Positions 37,210 through 48,432 of a stretch of DNA of 64,000 bases are shown one piece after another (position 1 is the first letter of the stretch; every line of letters begins with the position of its first letter). Where the stretch lies: positions 1-64,000 of the forward strand of contig UYFQ01000586.1 of the NCBI GenBank assembly GCA_900617105.1. Reading direction: 5' to 3'. The DNA comes from Hydrurus foetidus. Taxonomy: Eukaryota. The position numbers and the translations under genes were made by a program. The notes under the pieces were generated by a model, which made no database searches, was not told the origin of the DNA, and saw nothing but the letters and a program-made list of their open reading frames with translations.

Positions 37210-39862
37210 TTAATTATCGTCAGTATCATCAAAATTGTAATCCAAAATAAATCTCATCGCTGCTGATGCATCATCATCACTGTCATAATCAATCATAGCA
37301 TTAATTGCATTTGCTATTTCTATGCTTTCACTTGTAGTAACGAATGGTGTCACCCCTAATTTTGTTAAATTTATAGTACCGGATATTTTCTGTTTAGTGT
37401 ACGGTTGAAAGGCAAGATTTGTTAGGTCTTCACTATTTATTGGCATACAACCAGTGCTAATGAATGATCTAACAATGCCTTGTACAAACTTAGGTTCTCT
37501 AAATCCGTTGGCAATTAGATTAAACAAATCTTGGATTGCTTCTAACATTTTTGGCTTAGGTGGTTCAAACACCAATAAAGTACGTTCTAGTACATCTTTA
37601 CGCATTTCTATATCATACATTTTTCTAAATTCTCCAAATGCGGCTACTATTCTTGCACCTCGCAAGTTTCTAGTGTGTGCCTTAATTGGACCATTCACTA
37701 CAAGATCTAGAACTTGCAAAACTCCTGTCATATTTGGAGGAAGACATGCAACTGTAACACCTAATCTATCGATTGCAATATCAACTATATCTGTTTTGTG
37801 ACATCCGCAGTTATCAAATCATATCATTAGCTTTCCCAGCCTCTCTTTTAATGGAGCAACAACAATTTCTAACCACATAATCATACGAATGGAATCATTC
37901 CAAGCCTTATACTGACTAGTTTTCACTTCTCCAGTATTTCTATTAATAATGTAGTAACATTTATGCATTGAGGTAATTGATTTGATGCACAGTTCTTTTT
38001 GCCATAGCACTAAATCCCAATCATGATCTTTTCCAAAACCATCATTTTTATTATAAAGGTCGCTAATAACTCTCATACCTGACTGATCAGGTCTTGCCTC
38101 TGATCCAATCGAATGTTTTACGATGATGAATAGTGGCACGAAATCTCCGCTACCGCTGACAGCAACAACTGCTGTTATGCGCAATTTGATGTTGGGAATT
38201 CCAATATGTTGAACTCTCATTTTATTACGAGGACAGTACAGGTACTCAGGACCGAGTGCGTAGCAAAATGCAGTCTCGTCCATATTTATGACTGTCTGGG
38301 GGGGTATGTCCAAATTCAACGTACATCTGCTGGCCAATACTCATTATTCTCGTTATCTCTTCGACAGAGGGAACTTTTTCGTCTTCTGTTGTTATTTTTC
38401 GTCTCCTCATGTTTGCTCTTCTCAAGAACTTCGATACCCATGTAGAGCTAAATACAAGATGTTTTACTCCGATTACATCTTTCCAATTATCTTGTTGTTG
38501 AACACTTTTGGCTGCTTCAACGACTATTGCGTAAGAATAAATAACATTAACAATGATAGCGCCTATAACCTCCTCTACACCATCAACCTAAATTTATTGC
38601 TATGATTGAAAATGGATTAATAAAATAAATAAATAAGTGAAATACGTATCAGTATGTATATATACACATTATCAATTTGTGTGCGTATGTAAATATGAAA
38701 AATAACATACAAAATAAATAACATTGAATTCATAATACTCTAACCATTTTGTTTTCGAATTCATATATTAGCAGTTATCCCCAAATTTCAGCTCCAAAAT
38801 TCTGAGAAACTTTTTCCCTGATTTGTTTATGACATTTCCCCTCTTCAAATGCCACCTTTCTATTGTACCAACTATCAATTCAGAAAAAATCGTATGGTTG
38901 CTGAAGACTTTTTTCGTTACTGTAGCAGCAAGCAATATAATTTCAGAATCATTTCCAGCAACGTCCTCAATTATGACCTTCATAATCACATCAAAGAGAG
39001 AAAGCACAAGGTCTTTCTCATCAGATGTAAAAGTGATATTCCTTTTAGGATACAGCAAGACAGATTCCACGACTCTAGGATCTTTCATAATTGCTTCAAG
39101 ATGTTTCAAATTCTTCTCATCTATAGTGTCTTCTATATTCTTCTCACTTTTATTTATTTTTGTCATTGAATCTAAATTGCTCTTATCTTTCAATGATTCC
39201 TTCAAAGCTGCTTCCAAGTACAGAGCAGAAGAATCTGTGTCATGTAGGCATAGGGTGGAAGTAACGTACTCATTTATCTGCTTTCCGTACGTTCCCAACA
39301 TCTTGCTTCCCATCTCACAGGCAACTTTTCTCCTTTTACTGGCTATAAACTCTTCTTCGACGGGTTCAACGATCAGACTCTGCTGCCATAAGTAAGCCCC
39401 TAATTCCTCCAATGAACCGAATCGAGATTTGCGAAATCCACTTCTCGTCAGCAGATAGTTAGCTTTTTCGCGTACGCTTGTAGTCGCGGCCGGATTCGAG
39501 TACGAAGAATCCGGGTAAAGACGGTATGCTGGAGTAAACTGTTAGGTTAGTTACAGTTTGTGAAAGAAGCGAGCAAGCAGCTAACAACAGACACAAACGA
39601 TAGGCTTTTTTTGCTGATGCTGATGAGCGTCCGTTTCCGGTGGACAGTTGATGTAAGGGCCTTCTTGAATAGGAAAATTCCTTGATGAAGTGCTGCAGGA
39701 TTCACATCAAAGTTGACATTAGACCCGTACTGCCCAGCAGAAATCTCTGTAGATAGCTTTTTATAATTCCACTGAGTTCTCACATCTTTGGACTGCCATG
39801 GGTGCCACACCAAAGCCATCGCTACTGTGAAGGCACAGTATTCACAGGACAGCGCGTCATCT
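37210..39862 (-). pseudogene. Intron-containing pogo/Tc5 (DDE_1) transposase, disrupted
   Basis: CENP-B/Tc5 HTH-like FSSTWVSKFLRRANMRRRKITT (~38450-38385), NMDET, RITAVVAVSGSG, and DNCGCH-...-LQVLD with 35 residues between the Asps. In-frame TGA at 37819-37821, frameshifts near 38300 and 38815, intron ~38744-38589. Confidence 0.88.
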
Positions 39863-40475
39863 GTCGTAAATAAGATAGAAATTGATCTCAGATTTGGGCG
39901 CAGATTTCAGAAATAACTAATATAGTGGGTACAGAATTTATGCTTGATCGTCGAATTTTGTTTCATCCCGCAGATCAGTTTGGAATTTGAGCAAATGGTA
40001 AATGATGCATTGAAACAATCACCTTGCTCCTTTTAGGGAATTAGACAGGAGAAATTTACCCTTAGAGTCAGAGATTTCTGTCGGTGACATTTCCATACTG
40101 GCCGCTGAGATGGTGACAGCAACTTTGCGAGAAGATCAGTTTTGGTGGAGCACTGGCTATTATAATGTGGTGCATTGGTGCACTACGAATGTCTTTGACG
40201 GCACGAACTGCGGAACCATTTGTGCTCGTATTCCGTCAAAAGTAGAAAACAAAGGGTCGGAGACGGTATACAACGAGGGATAGTTGTTGCCAAACATATG
40301 TGAAAAGATTGTAACAGATAACAGAACAGCAGTATGCCGAACAGAGACTCGGCAAATCTCGGAGAAAATTGTCGGAGATTTGACGGAAGGGGGGGGTAAA
40401 TCTCCGAACCCTGGGGTTCCAGCCGGATATTCCCGTTTGCGCGAACACTCCATTGCTAGGAACAGAGCAGTGAGC

Positions 40476-40664
40476 AGTATTACGATTCCGGAATAAAATG
40501 AACCTTTCCAGAAAGCCAAATATTTTAGAATTCGCTGTGGCGCCACTCCCCACACCATACTAAATCATCAAAAACAGGAAATTAGTATGGTGTGGGGAGT
40601 GGCGCCCCAGCGCATTCTAAAATATTTGGCTTTTCGGAAGGGTTCATTTCATTCCGGAATCGTA
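40476..40664. mobile_element. Fold-back (palindromic) MITE-like element, ~85-bp arms
   Basis: TACGATTCCGGAAT...CCCCACACCATACTAA / TTAGTATGGTGTGGGG...ATTCCGGAATCGTA form near-perfect inverted arms around a short spacer. The outer end of the right arm continues at 41126-41132. Confidence 0.85.
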
Positions 40665-41125
40665 CGGGCTGGTGACACCAAGAAACCGCTTTTACGGTTT
40701 TGAAAAAAAACATCTTAAAACCATTTTATTCGGTTAAAAACATCTTAAATTTTCGTGCTGCACGATTTGGGCAATCATTCTACCGTGAGAATGCACCAGC
40801 TCATTCCTAACTTCCGACGGAGTTTCTATAACATCTAGAGAATCTAGAGTTGTGAGTGTGTTCTGTGTGATGTGTTCTCTAGGGTCACCTCGATGCTTTT
40901 TCGATTTTTGTATTCCTGTGATTTTTTTTAGGAAAACGAAAATTTCTCCGATTTTCAGTCGGCCAAAAAATCCTGGAAAAACAAAAAAACGAAAATGCAA
41001 CGAGGTGGCCGGATTCAGCAGAGACGTCCGGTCATTTTGAGCTATCAGCCGAAAAAATCGAACTGTGAAAATTCTTTCGGAAACCGAAAGAGAATTTTTT
41101 GCTGTTTCTTGGTGTCACCAGCCTG
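40665..41125. mobile_element. TA-target MITE, ~461 bp, inserted in the right arm of the fold-back element
   Basis: TIR C(G/A)GGCTGGTGACACCAAGAAAC(C/A)GC at both ends, TA on both flanks. Confidence 0.85.
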
Positions 41126-41251
41126 TAATACTCCTGATTGATCAATCAAAGCTTCTGTGAAGACGATTCATCGCCGCAGGATGCTTTGCATGTTTCCATA
41201 ATTGCATGTCGGTTTGATGGGTGAAGTGAAGCGGATTGTGATATTTTTGCC

Positions 41252-42943
41252 ATGGTTACCGACATCGACATTTTGGTTAAACTCGGCTACAGCAGAAATG
41301 TGGCGAAGAATGCACTCGCTGAAGCTAAAGGAGATCGAAGTGCTGCTCTCGACATCATAAGATTGGGAGACGTCAAGCAAAGCAATGAATGGAAGAACTA
41401 CAAATCAGATCACGATTGGCGGAACAAGATTGGTACTGAAGACTTACCGAAGGACTCTCAAATGCGGGCGCTGTGGAAAAGTCCAGTGACGGCGCACGTG
41501 AACTCTTTTTACCGTCGTGAGGATGGTATTACTCTCTTCAGATGTCGAGTAATAACTCATGCTTTCTCGTGGTCATGCGATAAATCACTGGAGGATTTTC
41601 TTTTCTTTAAATCTTCGCTCTCACTGGGCTCAACCTTCTGGTTCAAGACGTCCTTGCCCTCCATCTGGCTGAATAACGTTTCAACTATATTCTCCAACAT
41701 GACAAGTGTAGATACTGTTTCAGAATCTGAGAAGATCAGGAGGTTATTGGATGACTGGATCAGAGAGCTCACCTTATCCGAAAAATGTATGTCCGACGAA
41801 GTGTTACTTCAAAACACTCTATCATTTCTCGACATTCCGAAAGCTACGGCATCAGGTGGGCACGAAAACATTACTTCACGAAAAGTTAACTTGAATCAGG
41901 AGGGCGACAGAAGTATCATCGGTAGAAAAGCCGGTGGTCTCTTTGATGGGAGGAGGAGCAGTTTCGAGTCGTCCTTCCCAGAGGTTCTCAAGAAAATTAA
42001 CACTCTACATGCAGACAGTTTTCCAATGAGACTTGTTGAGATGGACAAAGTTCTTAGTCGAGGCCCCTTCAAAATCGATGTCTCAGAATTCCCAAATCTG
42101 GCAGGAGTGGCGGTGGGGAGTAGTGGGAGCTTAGTTAAAGAAGCAAACGTCTCTGGAAAGACGAAAGATCAAAATATATTCAGGACACAGCTTGAGAAGG
42201 ACCTTATTAGGGACAGGCTCATTATCAATGGCACGAGATATCAGGGCTCAAGTTCAAGTCATCCCCATTCCATCTTTTTAGACTCCGTTGTAGGTGCATG
42301 TGTGAAATGCATGGATGACATTCTAGGCGCCACTGCCCCGTCCAAAAGTGCCGCATCGGGTTGTGTCCCACTGGAGTCATTTGAAGCATTCTCATTGAAT
42401 GTACTTCAGGCAATGAGCAGAACTGAGTCAGCCTATGTGTCACTGCTAGGTATCAACAGTATCCTGGATCTGTCTCCCACCCCCACTGATGATTCGAATG
42501 CTCCCCAACCGACGAGCCCTAACAGTGGCGCACATCCGTGTGACGAAGATGACATGCAATTACCTCCTACAGTGATAGCAGAGTCTGTGCTGGCTGACCC
42601 TATCCTTATTAATTTCCAACTTCTCGAGAAGAAAGCTTCCCCACCATCAGCCTCTCCAATCCGCCTTACATCCTCTGGACCTTCCCTTAGGGGGATATGT
42701 GTGGACTGTGAGGGACAAACCAGTACAGTGTATCGCGTGTGTGCAGGAGATCAGATGGACACGCTCTTGCAAGTGCGTGTGATTTACTCGAGGAGGACAT
42801 TCGCCATGCTGAGCGATGACAGCCATGAGGCTGAGGGGGACAAGAGAGCAGCATCGACATCGACATCACTTGTTGAACGAGAAGGACCGGTGCACCTTAT
42901 CTTTATTAGAGAAACAAAGACAACTGCGAGAGACTGGAGATGA
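41252..42943 (+). CDS. UBA- and PX-domain protein with unassigned C-terminal region
   Basis: Single 563-aa ORF. N-terminal LVKLGYSRNVAKNALAEAKGDRSAALDII fits a UBA domain. WSCDKSLEDF...LPS...RRLLDDWIREL fits a PX-like fold. Confidence 0.75.
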   Translation: MVTDIDILVKLGYSRNVAKNALAEAKGDRSAALDIIRLGDVKQSNEWKNYKSDHDWRNKIGTEDLPKDSQMRALWKSPVTAHVNSFYRREDGITLFRCRVITHAFSWSCDKSLEDFLFFKSSLSLGSTFWFKTSLPSIWLNNVSTIFSNMTSVDTVSESEKIRRLLDDWIRELTLSEKCMSDEVLLQNTLSFLDIPKATASGGHENITSRKVNLNQEGDRSIIGRKAGGLFDGRRSSFESSFPEVLKKINTLHADSFPMRLVEMDKVLSRGPFKIDVSEFPNLAGVAVGSSGSLVKEANVSGKTKDQNIFRTQLEKDLIRDRLIINGTRYQGSSSSHPHSIFLDSVVGACVKCMDDILGATAPSKSAASGCVPLESFEAFSLNVLQAMSRTESAYVSLLGINSILDLSPTPTDDSNAPQPTSPNSGAHPCDEDDMQLPPTVIAESVLADPILINFQLLEKKASPPSASPIRLTSSGPSLRGICVDCEGQTSTVYRVCAGDQMDTLLQVRVIYSRRTFAMLSDDSHEAEGDKRAASTSTSLVEREGPVHLIFIRETKTTARDWR

Positions 42944-44276
42944 CCACATCTGCAAGTCAGAGACATATGACAAGATGCGTCAGAGGAGAGAGTATCTACG
43001 GCACCGAGTACTGTTGGGACATGCAGAGCAGATACGTACTGCACAGAATTGACTTCCTTTTCACGGTGTGCGATACATGGCAATTTTCCTTCACACCTCA
43101 GTCCTTAATTGTGGATTGCAAATCAGAGAGGATGATATTAAAGGGCAGCAAATCAACACCACTGCGTGTTCTCATTGGCAAGTCTTCCTCTTTCAAATCT
43201 TCCTCGCCCCAAGAGCTGTTCGTGAGAAATCAGAGAGCAGGATAGCTATGACTACTTTGTCTGATCACTGTGTCATTGACTCTTCTTTTGCATCCCCTAT
43301 CTGGTCTCGGTATATCTAGTCAAGCGAGTTATGAAAGGCTTCATCGCTAGATGTGATGTAATAGCTTCTCGCTGCAAGAGTCACCACACACTCATTCTCT
43401 CAATTTGTGCCGCGTTTAAAGGTGCACATCGTGATTAGCCGTACCGCTATGCGTTCTACTCCTCTCTTGCTATCACATCTATTAGGATGACTCATGCTTC
43501 CACTTCACTCAACGCTCAATGCTCGAAGTGATTGATGAACTTTTGTATCGTGTCAGCCCCAGCCAGAGATTTAAAAGGACGATTTTTTGCTATAATAATG
43601 CAAACTGTTTTACCGAGCAATTGCTGTGCATTACCAGTCATGTGAATTCAAGGATGTTGCTCATCATATCATCTTTGCTGCGGATGAAAACAATGGTCAG
43701 CGTTTTCTACTGACTATCAAAAGCGGCAAATTTTCAAGTTGACAAAAGTTTTTCAGAATAGATTGAAAACATCAAGTCTTTGAAATATAAGAACCACTAG
43801 TTTCAAAAAACACTATGTCAGTGGCAGTGGGGTGCCATTGTGTGTGGTTGTTCTCAACTGGTTGGGACAACAATTGAGTCTACCGAAACTTATTGATTTT
43901 TTATGTTCTCGAAAACCACAGGGCTTGGTGCTTGGTATCGATATGCTGCTGAAGACAACCGCCGAATCAACTGGTTGCGTCTATGTTAAAGCTTATTGGT
44001 TATTTTGATTACTGTACCGTACAGTAGATGCCACGCGTACAGCGTACAGTCTACAGCGTACAGCGCTCCATACAGAACACAGAACAACGAGTACTTACTG
44101 GATTGTTCATTTCGTACGTGCGGTCATTTTGAAGATCCACTACTGTGTCGGATCTCTGATCTTCATCACCGGTAATTTCATCCAACATCTTGATACCGTA
44201 GTCATGCCACGAGACCATCTGTCACACTAGCTACAGTCAAGTAAGCCCGTAACAACTAATCAAATCAAGGAATAAA

Positions 44277-47200
44277 ATGAGACTCCCCGGCTCCGCTGTG
44301 AGGCGGGTTCTGAAGCGTACTGTCGCAAGTAATATCCTATCAGGGGCAGGGAGCACGAAATTACACTCCGTCAGTGGTAGATCTACTAGTTCGTTCGGCG
44401 CTTTCACCCGAAATTTCTCGACTTTCAAGGATGAATATGATGGAGCGGCAGCAGAACGCGCTCTACAGAAGATTGTCCCGAAACCGCTTGATGCCGAGAG
44501 CACCAGCAGACTTTGTGAGCTACTAAAGAATCCTCCCGCTGGAGAGGAGTCGTTCCTGGTTGATTTGCTCACAAATCGCATTTCACCTGGCGTTGATGAG
44601 TCAGCTTACGTCAAAGCAGCATTTCTGGCGGCCATCGCCAAGGGTGAAGCCAAATCGCCAATCGTCAGTCCTGAACTCGCGACTCAATTGCTTGGAACAA
44701 TGCAGGGCGGTTACAACATCATCTCTCTGGTGGAACTGCTTGACAGTCCCACGCTAGGAGAAAAGGCAGCCGATGGACTTTGCAACACCTTACTCATGTT
44801 CGAAGCTTTCTACGATGTCGAGACGAAGGCAAAGGCAGGCAACAAACACGCAATTCGTGTTATGCAGTCCTGGGCTAACGCTGAGTGGTTTCTGTCGAAA
44901 CCAGAGGTACCCAAGAAAATCACAGTCACAGTATTCAAAGTCAGCGGTGAATCAAACACTGACGACATCTCACCCGCACCCGATGCGTGGAGTAGACCAG
45001 ATATTCCTCTGCATGCTCTTGCTATGCTTAAGAACGCCCGTGATGGAATCGTACCTGAGGTGGACGGAGCAGTCGGTCCCCTTGGGGTGTACGAGGAGCT
45101 GAAGAAGAAGGGATTTCCCCTTGCCTACGTGGGTGACGTGGTCGGGACAGGCTCAAGTCGAAAAAGTGCCACGAACAGCATTCTTTGGTTCTTCGGTTCC
45201 GATATTCCTAACGTTCCTAACAAGAGAGCCGGCAGTGTGTGCATCGGCACACAGATCGCCCCCATCTTCTACAACACTATGGAAGACTCTGGAGCCCTTC
45301 CTCTGGAAATGCCCGTTGAGAAACTCAACACTGGCGACATCATCGACATCTACCCTTACGAAGGGCTCACCAAGAAGCACGGCACAGACGAGGTAGTGGC
45401 GACCTTCTCATTGAAGTCTGACGTTCTCCTTGACGAGGTGCGTGCTGGAGGACGTATTCCGATGATCATCGGAAAGGGCCTCACAGCCAGAGCAAGAGCA
45501 TCCCTGGGCCTCCCCGCCACCACTGTGTTCCGCTCAACAGTATCGGTGCTGCCTGAAGTGAAAGGTTACACACTTGCACAGAAGATCGTTGGTCGTGCGT
45601 GCGGACTCCCGGCTGGCAAAGGCGTTCTACCCGGCCAGTACTGCGAGCCCTCTATGACTACTGTTGGATCTCAGGACACCACCGGCCCCATGACGAGAGA
45701 CGAGTTGAAGGATCTCGCATGTCTCGGATTCAGTGCTGACCTGGTCATGCAGTCATTCTGCCACACAGCCGCCTATCCCAAACCTGTGGATGTCACCACC
45801 CACCACTCCCTGCCCGACTTTATCCGGACTAGAGGAGGAGTCTCCCTTCGCCCTGGAGACGGAATCATCCACTCATGGCTCAATCGCATGTTGCTCCCCG
45901 ACACAGTAGGCACGGGAGGTGACTCTCACACCAGATTCCCTATCGGCATTTCCTTCCCAGCTGGATCTGGACTCGTTGCATTTGCAGCAGCCACAGGTGT
46001 CATGCCCTTGGACATGCCTGAGTCAGTCCTCGTGAGATTCAGTGGGACGATGCAGCCAGGCATCACCCTGAGAGATCTCGTCCACTCCATCCCCTACTTC
46101 GCTCTTCAAAAAGGTCTCCTAACACTTGAGAAGCGCACTAAGAAGAACGTGTTCAGTGGACGTGTGCTTGAGATCGAGGGGCTGCCTAACCTCACCTGCG
46201 AGCAGGCCTTTGAGCTGTCTGACGCATCTGCCGAGAGATCCGCAGGAGGCTGCACCATCAAGCTGAACAAAGAGCCAATCATTGAATACATGACCTCCAA
46301 TATCACACTTCTGAAGTGGATGATAGCTGAGGGCTATGGTGACGTACGTACGATCACACGCCGCATTGCGAAGATGGAGGCGTGGATTCAGAATCCAGTG
46401 CTTCTCGAGGCAGACAAGGACGCGCAGTACCACACGGAGCTGCACATCAACATGGACGACATCAAGGAGCCTGTGCTGTGTGCCCCTAACGATCCTGATG
46501 ACGCTGTGCTGCTCTCCTCTGTGGCGGGCAAGTCTATCGATGAGGTGTTCATCGGGAGTTGCATGACCAATATCGGACATTTTAGAGGTGCGTCACTAGC
46601 CGTTTCCACCCTTACTCCACCGTTTTGTACCGTATTGCGCTATACTGTTCATCACTACCCACCCCTTCTCCCCTCTGCAAATACCCTGTGTTATCTGAAC
46701 TTGTTATCTCTGTCACATTCCGCACATCAACCACTGCAAATACCTCAACTTGCCACCTGTCTTATCTCACTCCTCTTCAGCTGCTGGCAAGTTGCTGTCC
46801 ACGTACAAGGGCCAGCTGCCCACCAGACTGTGGATCGCCCCCCCCACCCGCATGGACGAGAAGCAGCTCATCTCGGAGGGGTACTACTCCACATTCGGCA
46901 ATGTTGGCGCACGCACGGAGACACCCGGATGCTCTCTCTGCATGGGTACATATGTGTACTGTAGCCCTTGAGTTGTGATATGTACATCTCTGTGTTCCTT
47001 GACCTAACCATGTTGAAGCAGTGCTCGATTTATATACCGGACTGACTCACTGATACCTTGACTGTTGCGCCGATACATTGAGTGACTCACTGGCTGATGC
47101 ACTGACTGACTGACTGACGGAGAGTACCCTTACTTATCTGATACCACATCCTCTTCACGATTTATTCTACAGGCAACCAGGCAAGAGTGGCTGACAAATC

Positions 47201-47656
47201 CACAGTGGTGAGCACGTCCACTCGTAACTTCCCCAACAGACTCGGCAAGGGCGCCAACGTGTTCCTCGCATCAGCAGAACTCGCCTCCATTGCTGCTATT
47301 GAGGGCAAACTGCCCAGTGTAGAGGAGTACCAGAAATATGCAAGTAAAATCAACGAGACAGCTGCCGACACTTTCCGGTACTTGAACTTCGATCAGCTAG
47401 GAGAATATGTGGCCAAGGGGAAGACCGCTGAGATGGGAGAAGAGGTAACTACTACACTACTTTATACTTTTACATGTGATCAAGGTATTATAGTTTTTAT
47501 CTGTCTCACTTGGTGCAATAACAATGTTAAGCCAGACAATAACATCTCCTCCCTCTATTTCCCTTCCCTTCCCATGTATATTCCCATCATACATGACTTG
47601 CATAATAGTACCAAGGAGCGCTCGCCAAGGAAGTAGCGAGATTGAAGGCTCTGTAA
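44277..47656 (+). CDS. acnB: Aconitate hydratase 2 (AcnB type) with N-terminal mitochondrial presequence-like extension
   Basis: AcnB motifs [95 protein letters not shown]. Exons 44277-46587, 46781-46945, 47173-47444, 47609-47656 splice in frame. Confidence 0.97.
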
Positions 47657-48432
47657 ATGAACTCTTTCTCTTATCTCCTTAACTTCGCTGCACTGAATCA
47701 AGATGACGTCACTCTATTCCGAGTCACTATTCCGAGTTACGATTGAGAAGGAAGGGAACTGGAATAGCTTGAAACAAATCTAGAAAAAAATAGAGCTTTG
47801 CCAATCGCTGTGTCTTTTCCTTTCGCATCTGAAGGTTACGTTGAGATTGCTGCGTAATTAGTGTGATACTCGACTTCCTCACTCAGTCGGTCAGTCAGTC
47901 AGTTTTGAACGATTCCTCAGGCACCGTCACCTCACACCATCTCATATTATGCCACACTGCACCGCACCGCAGCCTGACAGCTTAGCTCACTTAACACAAT
48001 CCATACCACACTCGTTGTGTGATATTTTCGGTCGATTTCTATGGTGTTAGGTCAGGCCAAGTGTGTTGCTCTTGGGAAGAAACATATTGTAGTGTACTGT
48101 CAACTTAATTTTCTCGTTCTGTGCCATGCGCTGCGATCTAGTGAAGTCCCCTTGATCCAGTCATAGAACATTTTTCAGATCACTGATCAACAGTAATTCA
48201 TGAGTGAAACGGCCGCATACTATACCGTAAATGCGGCTACTGTACCGTACATTGGATTGATCGTGTGACCTCTGTGCGTTTCAATTTTCACCACTGGAAG
48301 TGATCGCACCTACCCGCACTTCGACCTCGACTTCGTGGCTACAACACATGGAACACCGAACGAGGCAAAATTTGGGAGATTCTTTGACATGCATCATGAG
48401 TTTCACACATCGCACACATTAATAATACAAAA

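Larger units (their letters stand above)
36189..40266 (-). mobile_element. pogo-superfamily (DD35D) DNA transposon, 4.08 kb
   Basis: TIR CCGTCTCCGACCCTTTGTTTT at 36189 and its reverse complement ending at 40266. TA at both flanks. Internal DDE_1 transposase. Confidence 0.92.

Noticed and set aside
46588..46964. C-terminal ~125 aa of the 895-aa aconitase ORF as a novel extension
   Set aside because: Read-through into intron 46588-46780. Splicing restores the conserved HFRAAGK sequence.
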